A model generated the notes under the pieces. The model was not told where the DNA came from, did no database searches, and saw nothing but the letters and a program-made list of their open reading frames with translations. A program made the position numbers and the translations under genes. A stretch of 64,000 nucleotides of DNA. Source: Balanoglossus misakiensis. Taxonomy: Eukaryota; Animalia; Hemichordata. This document shows, in pieces, positions 47,001 through 59,400 of the stretch. Location: contig CM082593.2 of NCBI GenBank assembly GCA_040954595.2, forward strand, positions 7,910,043-7,974,042, given 5' to 3'. Position 1 is the first letter of the stretch. Each line of letters opens with the position of its first letter.

Positions 47001-48645
47001 CAGGTATGAAGGATGGTTAGGTGGTTACCAGATGTCATTTGATACTGCTAAATCAAAGTTGACAAAGAGTAATTTTGCTCTTGGTTACAAAGCTGGTGAC
47101 TTCCAACTCCACACCAATGTGTAAGTACACTTCTACAATGCTGACATTTGTGAGGGTAATGTGGGCCCTGATGTAAAGATTGTGTTTGATAATGTATCTA
47201 TTAGTACTTACATCAACAGCACAAGGGCAGAATTGTGAACGTGACATGACCTAACTTTCATTTTTGAAATTCCTTGTTCATGATTTGTTCATGTTCATGA
47301 TATTACATCAATGCTAAAGTCACTTTGAGCAAAAAGATTTATGTATGAGACATACAAGTTTGCATCTATAGAACTGTCTCAAAGATTTCCCCAAACCCTC
47401 TGTGTATTTGTGTGTGTGGTCAAGAAGGAGTGAGCAGGTGCCGACCTGCCTCAAGTAAATTTCGGTGGATATAATCGTCTTTCTTCGTGCGTTCAGAATA
47501 AATAGTTGGCAATGAGTTGTGTGTTTTATCCGAAGAAATTGCGATTTTACCATTGTGTGACTTTTTCTTGCTTGCTTTTACAGCAATGATGGGTCTGACT
47601 TTGCTGGTTCAATTTATCAGAAAGTGAATGATAACCTTGAAACTGGTGTCAACCTAGCCTGGACAGCTGGCAGCAACAACACTCGCTTTGGTTTGGCCGC
47701 CAAATACATCATCGACGATGAGACATCGGTTAAAGCCAAAGTCAATAACTCCAGTCAGATTGGTCTAGGAATAACACATCAACTTAGACAAGGTAAGGAA
47801 TGTTACGTGTGATGTGCCGTGCTGTTGTGTACAGTCAAAGCTGTTGATATATGGACCACTCAAGGAACCTTCTCTTTATAGACAGGTCAGATAATGCACG
47901 TGTTGATTGCAGATATAATGTAACAAAGTGGCCAGGATATAAAAAATTCCCTTATATAGAGGTGACCGCTAACATAGGTTTGGCGGTAATCCTTCGAAAA
48001 TTCTTCAGCCTGATTTAGCTGTTAATCTAATAATAAGTGGTCAAGTTGGGGAGGGTATGGATAAAAAAAAGCCTGGAAATATGCTAATCATGGCAAGGAC
48101 CATCTGGATGTGGTGTGCCAGGGTACTACATGTAGTACTAAGGCAATGAGAACAAACCAGAGTCCATCTGTGTATCTGGTGTGGATGTGAATTATAACTT
48201 GCACATTGAGTGAATGCCCTGGCTGGAATTGCATTGTAGGTCACTTGTCACTGAAATTTGGAATGGTGATCCTGCTTCTGTTTTCTAGTGCCTGCAGCTA
48301 AAAGTTCTGTTCTTACAGAATACAGAACTCGTCCATAATAGCCCCTCGCCAAAACAAAAAATCACCATTCCAATAATGTGCATAGGCGTATATGGTCAAG
48401 TTACTTTACATAGCCATGGTCATGGTATACCAATATGTTTTGTCTGACATTCCTTTTGTCTCTCTCAAATAGCATTATTGGTTGCCAAAGTTGCAAGCAG
48501 CCGTTTATATGATGATGCCCATAACTTAATTGATATCTGTGGTTGTTTTACAGGAATCAAGCTGACACTGTCAGGCCTTATTGACGGCAAGAACATCAAT
48601 GCTGGTGGACACAAGTTAGGTCTAGGCTTGGATCTCGAAGCTTAG
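44012..48645 (+). CDS. VDAC2: Voltage-dependent anion-selective channel (mitochondrial porin)
   Basis: Exons 44012-44081, 44451-44500, 45214-45298, 45650-45770, 46520-46630, 47004-47120, 47584-47792, 48554-48645. [22 protein letters not shown]...[12 protein letters not shown]...[13 protein letters not shown]. Paralogue number is nominal for an invertebrate. Confidence 0.96.
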
Positions 48646-49944
48646 GGTGCTGCACTTCTCACAAAAGAAATCACAGCACAGGTTTTGTTTTGGTATCTGT
48701 CCCAATACCAAGAACCTGTGTTAATGTGTTCAACAATGTAATAATTTCACGAAAAAAAGAGTGCTGTATAATTAATATTATATCGTGGGCCAACCTGATT
48801 TAATGTGTTACGTGTGCGAGCATATCTGAAGAGGACCAGTAAATGTGTAGCCTGTCTTGTCATACATGCAATAAAATTCTGCACATTCTCCACACACAAC
48901 CGAGGCCGAAAGAATTTCTTTTATATTCTTAAGTTATACTCCAGTTCTGGTCATCAATGTGAAAAGGTAGCTTTGCAGGTTTAGCTCTTTTTTTTTACTC
49001 ATAGCATTTTATGTACCTGTTTATCAGTATTTGCTGGTCCTGTTCATTTTAGTGTGAATGTCATCAGAGGGCTTCATTCCAACTGGGCAATTATATGGGT
49101 AGACTTTTTTTATCCGATAAAATTAATAGTGTGAGAATAGACTTGAGGAAAGTTAAACATTGCTGCAAACAGGATTCCAAACCCACCTCACAATCGAGTC
49201 AAGAGTCTTGTATATAACCCTCCGTTGCCGAAGACAAAAAAACATCTTGGCATAGAGACAATAACAGACTGCATGATTGTACTGAAATATGGTTATCCAT
49301 AAGCGCTATCAGGAGCAGTTACCATGCAGTGTTCAGACACAACTATACAACACCTAAGGTGAACATTTTCTCTGTCTCCTTGGTGAAAAATTTCACATGT
49401 TAATGTAGTGACAGTGGTCGACTCTCGCTATTGCTGTTTTGCTGTAGAAATGTTATTCTGTTTTTCCAAATGAATGAATCATTAAAATAGACTGGTGTTA
49501 ACCCCCCATACAGTTTGTGTTGTCTATTTATGTTCAATAAAGTCGTATTTAATTTTAGACAAAAATTACCTATGAAGACAAAAAACTTGAATCAACATAA
49601 GTGTACCAAGTAGAAATGTATCACAAATTATAATGTGTTGCTGTTGGCAAGAGGATTTGGTGCCCCCCCCCCCCCAAAAAAAAAACAATAACAAACCAAT
49701 GAGCAAACTAGAAACATGACAGGGCAATATGATCAGCTGGTCCCAGGGGACAGATAAATTGAAATCACAAAAGCTATGAAACCTGATTGAATGGTGGAGT
49801 TCCTTAATTTGGTAGTCTGGAATCCAGACGGGGTGAGTTTTTTAGAGATAGAGACACGCAACTTACATTCTGGAGTAGAGGTCTACTATAAGCGTTTTCA
49901 ATGTCAATGAAACTCCAAATGCGATGCCTTGGCAACGAGGTAAC

Positions 49945-50072
49945 CACGTGAAAATGTAATGCAAATCATCACCAATTTTGCTCGTGTTACACAACGTACA
50001 AGTGCTGCAAGTATCATTTTGGTAACGATTGGAAATGGGAAGCTTTGTGGGTTCCACACCGAAATTTAAAGA
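49945..50072 (-). mobile_element. Degenerate non-LTR retrotransposon (LINE) C-terminal zinc-finger fragment
   Basis: With one frameshift it reads KFRCGTHK/LPISNRYQNDTCSTCTLCNTSKIGDDLHYIF, matching the post-RT 'FR...HxLPI...CxLC...IGDExHY' motif of LINE ORF2 ends. Confidence 0.6.
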
Positions 50073-50403
50073 CTGGAGCGTGGTGGGCGTGTCCCTGCCT
50101 GGGAACGACGTAAAAGCGCCACCAATATTCATAGTAAACAAATAGCAAACACATGTCCCGTTGAAAATGGCGGCTTCCAAGTCTTAAAATCGTACGCGTG
50201 GTTTCGCCGAAACTTCGCAGATTACCCAACCGACCATTACCAAGGCGACAGCGACGACTTATTAGGTGAAAGTATCTTTGACGAGAGTTGTTAGCGTTTG
50301 AGTAATCGGCTCAACACACTCGTTTTCGACCCGGCTTTGCGGACGGCATGGTTCTGAGGTCAACATCGGGTCACGTCAACTTCTACACGTAGCCTACGGT
50401 GCA

Positions 50404-53400
50404 ATGTTTCATCAATACCTACTTCGAAACTGTAAACACAGCGGCAGTTATCCTAGCAAGGTACGTGTGTTCAATTTCTAGCATCTAAAAATCGGAACGG
50501 GGATGGGGCATACCGGTAGAGATCACCCCTTCCCCGCTGTAATCTGCCCCCTCCCGGCGGGGGGGGGGGGGGGGGGGAGAGAAGTCGGTCTATCCATGTA
50601 GCTCGATGGACAGGAGTGAGTGAACCCCAACCCTAACACCAACTCTAACCTATCAACACACAAACAAACGTAACAATATTATTTTGTAAACAAACAAAAT
50701 TTTCAAGCAATATTTTTTGTTTATTATATCAATCACGGTTACTAGAAGAAGACGGTTAGGAAACTATTTTTTCTCCATTGTTAGATGCTCGCCTCGGTAA
50801 ACACTTAGTGTAAACGAAAGATATCAGGTGCTAACGAGCCTGGCCGTACGAATAAACAGACAGAATAACTGACCGCTCGGTAAAAATGACGTCATTCCCC
50901 CCACAATCCAATGCAAACCATACTCAATTTTGAACTTTCAAGGACGTGGTGAAGCCATACAATATTTGTCTTGAATCAAGCCCTAGAGATTCGATGCGAA
51001 CCAAAACAAACAAGATGGCCGCCATACATCAATGTTACTACGGTTATCGAAATGCGTATGAAATCTCGACGAAATATGCCACATGGAATTAACGAAATAG
51101 CCCATGCACTACAAAAAGGAGTAAAATATATAAATATATTAAAAAATAACAGAAATGCGACCATCAGAGTTGAATTCTAGGGGTTCGAAATTCGACGCCA
51201 TTTTGAATCTTGGAATAATGTCCTTTTCACGACCACTATTTTAATTCACGGCGTTTGGTGCGTTTGCTTCCACTAAACCATATAAAATGTAAATTTCCAA
51301 GCCGAAAGATAACAGTCTACCATATGGTAACTGATAGAGTAGTAATCAGACGAAATTTTGTTTCGGTGACGGACTTATAGTTAACCAGCCCAAGAAACGT
51401 TGATAGAAAATGAAATATTGGAACACTCGGAACGGGCAGTGATATCGCGGTTACAGAGTGCCCGAACCCGAACAGACTATGACCGTGCACTCCGTAAGCA
51501 AATATGGAACTCGTAAAAAAAAAATGACTATGTACTCTTGACGAAAAAGGGCAGTTGAAGGGGTTCAAAAATTAGCTAGGTCATCCTAAGTCGCCATCAG
51601 GCTCTTATGATTTAGACATCATAAAACACAATCAAGAATTTGACCTCAGAACTGGAAGAATCTGTATGAAATACCCATCGTAGAATAGAAAAGACGTTCA
51701 CCCAACAGTACGATCTGTTCAAGCGATAAAATCCACTTCTCTTGGCTGCAATTTCTGGAATGTGCAGGAACACACCAGAGCGTACCCACGCCACAAACCC
51801 AAGCTGTGACGTCATCAACGCGCATAGCGGTTTGGACATGTACTCTCCTAGCTAACACCTCGTTCACACCTTCCGAACAATAGAGTTTCCTAACCGTCTT
51901 CTTCTAGTAACCGTGTATCAATCAATAGCATCAAACCAAGGTCTTACAATGTTATATTTGCAACCAAATACCGTTTATTAACTCTAAATATTGACCTTTT
52001 TTCACAGATACTGCAGTGGTGCAAGAGAGAGAGTTCAGTTGGGATACCTGTACTGTCCAGAACATTCGTCACACAGGAACATCAACATGAATTGAGAAGA
52101 AGATCTGTGGTGTGTGGAAACTGGCATCATGTGAACTGTCTCAATGCTATTTTTAGACTTGAACACAGGCGTCACAACTCATCTGTCGCTGATTTGCCAG
52201 GAGACTCCACCACGCCAGATGTGGCAGCCAGTATTGCACCTGGTATCCCTGCCACCCCCACACCGGAGTTGCCAGGCGACCCCACTATTTACATCCCCTT
52301 ATTCGATGAACTGGCGTACGAATTTATAGATTACATTCATCTGCAGAGTAACCTGTCATGGGGATGGACAATTATAGCGTCAACAATTGCACTGAGAACT
52401 GTACTGCATCTGCCAGTGGGTTATATGACGCAGAGAGTAATGGCCAGGATGGAGAATGTACAGCCTCAAATTAATGGACATGTTGAAGTTCTCATGCAAC
52501 AAATGGAAATAACAGCTAAAGAAAAGAAATGGAAAGCAGCGTATAAATTAAAGCAGTGTGAGAAAGGGGTAGGTCTTAAAATTGTAATTGTGCCCTCTAA
52601 GCACATATGACGCGCCACTGACTGAATAAACTCGCTGGCGACTCAGAAAAAATTGTCCACACTACATGCAAAAGTATAGATCAGGGTTGACTCAGAGAAG
52701 TTTCTAAAAAACCTCAAATTGACTTAAAAATTATGTTCGTTAGAGGGCACACTGATTGCGCCAGTGTTCAATTCCAGATTATGATACTCAATAGTATGTT
52801 GAGACAATCAACTTCTTTTTAAGTTCTAGTTTTTATTTTTGAACCTCGAAATATCCAGTGCATTTACTTGACTGATGCAAAGCAATTTCTAGAAATTTGT
52901 AACTTGACTCAAAAAGCATGCTCAATTGTACAATGCGCACATTGTCATCACCATCTGTTGTTCTGCTGGCCAGAGCTGTGCTTACTACATACATGTATCA
53001 CTATCAGCATTACTGATCAACTTTTGTGTGTGAAACCTAATGCCTTTATTCCACATTAACTGTCATGTGTCTTGTCTAACAGGTGAGACGGATAATTTCA
53101 TATTACCATGAGAGGGATCGATGTAGTCCTGTACGATTTCTGATACCGGTGATCGCACATGTTACAGCATGGGGTGGTATGACCATGGCTTTGGGCCAGA
53201 TGGCAGGCGGAACGCCGGCAATCTTTGGCACAGGTAAGACAACAATTGGTTCATTTTAGACAATGTGTCATGATATAGGATTTGAGTGTGTGTCATGGTA
53301 TAGGATTTGGGTGTGTGTCATGACATAGGATTTGGGTGTGTGTCATGACACAGGATTTTGGTGTGCGTCATGACATAGGATTTGGGGGTGTGTCATGATA

Positions 53401-54857
53401 TAGACTTTAGGTGGGAATTTCATAATTTTAATGTGATGGTGCAGAGAAGAAAATCAACATTACATTTTAAAATTAAAACTATGTTTCTTGACATGACATT
53501 CAACAATCTGATTAAAAGTAGATGTACACTGTGTTGGCTCAATTATTACATTTGCTGGCTCCTTTTTCTTGGATGAGAACAGAATGGTCATGGTCATAGA
53601 ACAGCAAACAACAAGCAGATGTGAAAATCAAGCCAATTCTACATCTGATTTTAATCAGATTGCTGCTCAGATATACTTTAATTCAACAATCAAAAATTCT
53701 TCAGTTTAATGTATGTTGTCTCTGAACTCTTGGTGTGTTTTTTTACACAACGAAAACTGCAATCTATATTTCAATTGCTAAAATATCCGTGTGCATTAAT
53801 TAATTGGTATGTTTATAACATCTTTATGCAGAAATGGATGTTGACTTCATACCGGAATTTTTTAACCAAGGACCTCTCTGGTTGTCGAATTTAACTGTAC
53901 CAGATCCCTATTTTATATTACCTGCCATGCTGTTTATGAGTAATTTAGTGCTTATTGAGGTAAGATTTATTAAAATTCTGAATTTCTTTAGTTAAAAATT
54001 TGTGGTAGAAAATGGTACTTGTATATACTATTTATGTCGGCTCCACCTCTTAGACTTGTCATTTGCTTCATTTAAATTAAGTTCACTTCATTTATATAGA
54101 TTTCATTCATTTATTTATTTATTTAGACCCCATCCATTTAATAATGATCTGTTACAGCAGTTTCCACTAACAACCATGAATCTACACACTAACATTTCAC
54201 ACTCATGATGCCATTGCCAGCAGAATCCCATTTCTAAATGTTTACATGTCAGCCACCAATTTCAAAATCCAATACTAGTCACCATGACCTTTTTCGATAA
54301 TTTTCTCCAGATGTGGAACTTGCAGAGAGGGCCCGAGACGAAAACTCACCGAAGAATGAAAATCCTGATGAGGGGAGTTTCTCTTGCATTGCTTCCTGCT
54401 GCTGTCATACTTCCAGCTGTGAGTATTGTTGTCATGGCAACACTTAGTAAGATGTTTGATACGCATAACTGGGGACTATTTGCAGGGTCTTCATTAATTA
54501 CATGCTCACTATACACATATAAGTTGTGTTGATAAGCCTGATACTGGGCATTTCATCGTTTTTCAGGAATTTGAACAAGAAAATCCAGTAGATACAGAAA
54601 ACATAATGAAAAGTTACAGCTAAAGGAGCTTTAACATAAAGCTCTGAATTTGATTGGTATTCTTTTCTTGCTTTCAGTCTATTCAGTTGTTTTGGCTGAC
54701 TTCCAGTCTGTGCGGTGTTGGACAGTTTTTGCTTCTCAAACAACCTGCAGTCCGAAGGTTTTTAGGGATTCCCAAATCACCCAGTGAAATGTCAAACCCG
54801 TTGAAAGAAATGAGACACATCTTCAAAGCTCGGTACTTTTCCAAAAAGATCTTCTAA
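50404..54857 (+). CDS. COX18: Cytochrome c oxidase assembly protein COX18 (Oxa1/YidC family)
   Basis: Exons 50404-50460, 52008-52568, 53083-53233, 53832-53959, 54311-54418, 54678-54857. Motifs LSWGWTIIASTIALR..LP, GPLWLSNLTVPDPYFILP, LFWLTSS, VRRFLGIPKSPSE. Start codon less certain. Confidence 0.9.
50734..51915. mobile_element. Non-autonomous TIR element with 7-bp TSD (P-element-like) in COX18 intron 1
   Basis: TIRs cacggttactagaagaagacggttaggaaact / agtttcctaaccgtcttcttctagtaaccgtg, TSD TATCAAT at 50727-50733 and 51916-51922. Confidence 0.88.
52590..52750. mobile_element. Small MITE
   Basis: gtgccctctaa ... ttagagggcac inverted termini. Confidence 0.5.
53264..53405. repeat. 25-bp minisatellite (about 5.5 copies)
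   Basis: tgtgtcatgacataggatttgggtg repeated. Confidence 0.9.
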
Positions 54858-56409
54858 GTGCTGGATGAAAATTGTGTTGCAAATCTCATTCTGTATCTGT
54901 GTGCTTGTCAGTGTCACTTTACATGTAATTCTTGAAGTGGAGAGAAGAATCAAAATTGAGTTTGTCTCAACATTGGTGCAAAATGGACGTATTATCAACT
55001 GTAAAACCATTCATTGTTACTGGTTTTTGATTTCACTTTTTTCTCAGTGAGATCATATTTGAAAAATTAAAATTAATTTGCAATCTTTTAGATTTTCCCA
55101 GGGGATGTTTGTTTTTACAGCATAATTTTTCAGTAGTGAAAATTACAGAATATAGATCATGTGATGTATGCAGGCAAACAATAGAAATAGTCAATGTTAA
55201 CTTTTTCATTATTCTTATGACAATAAAAAATGGTGAAACTTGAAAATTCTCTGTTTATTTTATGCATAGCTTGTTTCTCCTCAAACCTGATCAGTCAGAT
55301 ATCGAAGGGACTATTATATGTCACCTGTCTTTAAAAAAAAATTCTTGGAAATAGCGCTCCATGTGGTGTGAAAGTCAAATTTTTATCACAGAACAGTCAC
55401 CAAGAAGACATGATCTACAGTAACTAGCCACAACACAATCTCACCTTTTCAGGCAGTTAGAATGGACATGTATATTCTTGAAATTTGATGGGAAAGGAGT
55501 CAACATGGTCAATGACCATGTGACATGTACCTGTAGATACATCTATGTAATTGGATGTGAATTGTTTTTTTTTTTCAAATAATAACAAAACTAACTAACA
55601 ATAAAGAACTCTCAAATTTCGGAGGTGAACAAAATAACAACCAGCTTTTATTTACACACAATATTGACAAATTTGTCACAGAATGTGAACATTACCAAAA
55701 CCAAGAATGATATAAACATCATTTCAGGAAGGGAAAAGACTAGCAATAAATGACATGATAGAAGACACAGTCTCAAATTTCCCACGGTATGCACTAACTT
55801 GCATTTCATTTTACACCAGGGGGAGGGAGACAAAACATGCAAATCAACTGTCACGTTATGAATCAGGCGTTGCTATTGGACTGTGAAGTTTGAGTTTTCA
55901 GCAAAGAGCTCCCTTGTGGTTCTGATCTTCCAATCAGTGTGAATGGTTCATTATATTTTCATCTATGTACTGAGAACAATAGCCCAAAGTTGGAGTTACA
56001 AGCAGGATCTTGCCAAAAGCCCTACAATGAGAAACAGCTAGTAGTTTGTAAACAGTCTCCCTTTAAATACTATCCTACTCCAAATCTATCTGACAGAAAT
56101 TTGCATAACTAAGGAATATTAACATTGTCACCTGGCTATGTCAACATCAGTTGAAAAGAGAATTTTGACGGTCAGTCACATTTTTCAACGAGACATATTT
56201 TCCATAATAAGTGTCAGAATGAGACAAACCAACTTGAGCCAAAGGGCGAAATTTGTCAAGTCAACTACAGTGTGACCTTTGTACATTTTAGAGTTCAGTG
56301 TTCCATCGAATATATGAACTGTGTGTACACGGTTACGGCGAGAATCTACACTGATCCTGTAATTGAGTGTAAATGCACACGATTTAGTCACTCGACACAC
56401 AACTAACTT

Positions 56410-59400
56410 CTAAGGTAATGTTCTTCTGATATGCTGTAACTTCAGAGGTAGAAGAGATACCATCTCTGTACAAAGTTCATATTCAGCCTGAAAGATAGAA
56501 ATAACAGAAACGTAAATTATGTATTGATGAACATTTCATGGTTTGAATGTCGGAAGCACAACCTATTCTCATATACATGCATGTAGCATTACAGGGAAAG
56601 CAAAACCGCGTTGAAATGCATACCGATCTACAGTCATGTTCTATATATACTAGAAGCTAACCTCATACTCAATGTGTAAGAATACCGGCTGGTAAACACC
56701 TTTTGAGAAACAGTAATATAATATCAAATACACAAAGTAATGTGGTTTCATTTGTAATAATCTTTATTCAATTCAAAGATTTCCCACAGCCCACATGCAC
56801 ATTTTTAGTGTCCACACAACAGGAAATCATGTGAAAATGTAAAACACTTTGAATATCATGTACTAATCAACATGTAAAGAAGCATAATATGCAAGTAGGG
56901 CTAAAGTTAGACTCTCTCACAGCCCCTCGGCAAAAGGTTCGCTACAAAACCCCATATGGGGCTTCTCCTTTGAAAGCGGTTGAGGGCGTGTCAGTGAAGA
57001 GCCTTGTAGCGAACCGGGGGCTGTGAGAGAGTCTAGGCTAAAGTGAGCATGACATCTACATGTATGTACATGAAGGAATGCTAAATGTCGAGGTTGAATA
57101 TATTGATTGAATATACTGACCCTGATGATGTCTATTGTCTCTGGATACTTGTTGCAATACTCCGTAACAAAGGAATACTTCTCAGCACTGTGACAAAAGA
57201 ATAAATACAACAATTTTCTGTCAAACGAGGTACATGCAGTAATATACACATATTGATAGGCCGTGAGGGCAACAGCATACGGCTGTCTACCTGAAGGAAT
57301 GTGAACCGCCCCAACACTGGCAGTCTAGTTCCTGAAGGCCGAAAGCCATAGAAAATAAGATCATTTTTGGGTGATCAACAGACCTCATGCTGTCCCGGGG
57401 CCGAAGGACGAGTGAAACAGTCTGTTTTGGGGGGTGACTCACAGTCCCTTCGGTAACAGACGTATGCTGTTGCCCGAAAAGCCAGTCAATATTTGTTTAA
57501 CACACGTCATCTACAGCCATGCATGAGAACTCACCAAACACAAAGTGAGCAAGCATCATTTTATCGGAACTGATGCCCGGTGGGTAACAGCACAAAAAGA
57601 ACGCACACCATGTGACTATCAATTGACCAATGAGAACACAGTCTGCAGATGAGGTGTGTTACAAAGTAGAATGTTATATCATCAAAGGCAAGTAAATGCT
57701 TGTGTAGTTTTGTTGTCAAATTTACTGCTACTATCATTGAAAAACACAGCCAGTGGTTGCTGGATGAAAGGTACCATAAAAATATAATCATGTTAAAATC
57801 AAAAATCTAACCTCTTCTTGATGTATTCAATCTTCTTGTCAACATCAACTTCAATAAATTTGGAATAACTGAAATACATGAAATATATGAAGCTAAATAC
57901 TGGGCATTTCATCATGTTTTAGGAATTAGGACAAGAAACTTCAGTAGCTACATAAAACATGTACTGAAATCCTAGCGAAAAGATACAGCTAATGAGGGCT
58001 TTAAGCAAGTTCAAGAACATGAGATTAGTTACCAAATAATTTCATGCTGTAGAGGTCAAGAACATCCACAGGCAAATTTGAAATATTGAAATGATATTCA
58101 TCTTTAACCCTAACGCTGCCAAGTCAGTTAAAACTGGTTTGATTTCCAGGGTGCCTAGAATCCTGGCTCCCAGGCCTGTTAGGTTGCCAAGTTCGTGTAA
58201 GTCAGAAGGGCCTATACAAGACCCTCAGACCAATACAGTACAAACCAGTGCGATTTGGTACATATTACAGGGGGCTCAGACTGCCAAGTGTGTCTAAGTA
58301 CGTATGAGAGCCATGCCAAGACAGTCAAAATACGTTTTAAAAGAAAAAATGGCAAATAAATATTTTAAGGGACTTGAGACTCTGAACAGGTATGACACCC
58401 AGTAGCATTAGGGTTAACAGCACATTACAGTCAAAAAGATAACATGCAAGACTTACAGTCTACCCATACAGAAATTGGCTATTAAGGTCGGTCGTAACAT
58501 GTCCTCTTCAATTTTTTCGGGCATCTGGCCATCTGGAGTTATCAAGGAGTCTAAAACAAATACCACATAATTCATTATTATAACACAGTCATTTGCAGGC
58601 TTATAGTTGTCAAATATTAATTTATTTCATAAACACGCCAATACCTACAATATGAGTGAATTATAGCAAACTGAGTGTATGGACATCTGAGACTGTAGAA
58701 ATTATTTGCATCTTGCAATGTTTCGGAAGTCAAGGCAAACAAAACTCACCCACAAACATTTGATACATCTTCAGACACTGTCCTATCCTGGAAAAAGAGG
58801 AATTATGAAATCCTCCATTATTCACAATTTGCCACACTTTCAAAATTTGGTGGCACCTAACATTGATGGTACTAGTATGTTGTTCATTCACATTTGGTAT
58901 TTGATCATAGGTCATAAAACTCGCTTTAATATGAGACAGTATACAAAGAAACACACTGACATGAAACTATATAATGTCCTTGTATACCTAATTTAAATGA
59001 AATATTCAAGCATGTCTGGCTTTTGGCTCTGGAGACACACACACACATGCATATGCATACGCACACACACACACACACACACACAGACAGACAGACAGAC
59101 ACACACACAAACATGTACCAGTACACAAACAGTCAGAGCCAAATTCCTTTGTCCCTTTACTTTCACAAGTAATGGTAATGGAGAGTTACAGAATACACGT
59201 GACTCTTCAGCACACAAGGGGTCAATTATAAGACTCTTACAGATGGCAATAAAGTTGACTTACAATGTATTGATTTTAACGACAGCATGTGGTGTAATTC
59301 TGTCTTGGGTCTCTGTCATTAAAATCTTCAAATCAACCATTTCACTGAAGTAAATAACAATCAAATCACATACAGTTACATACAAAGCTATCATTACCGT

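Noticed and set aside
55860-56022. Acceptor-like site and short open stretch downstream of the KIFBP stop
   Set aside because: All frames stop soon and I recognise no homology. It may be UTR.
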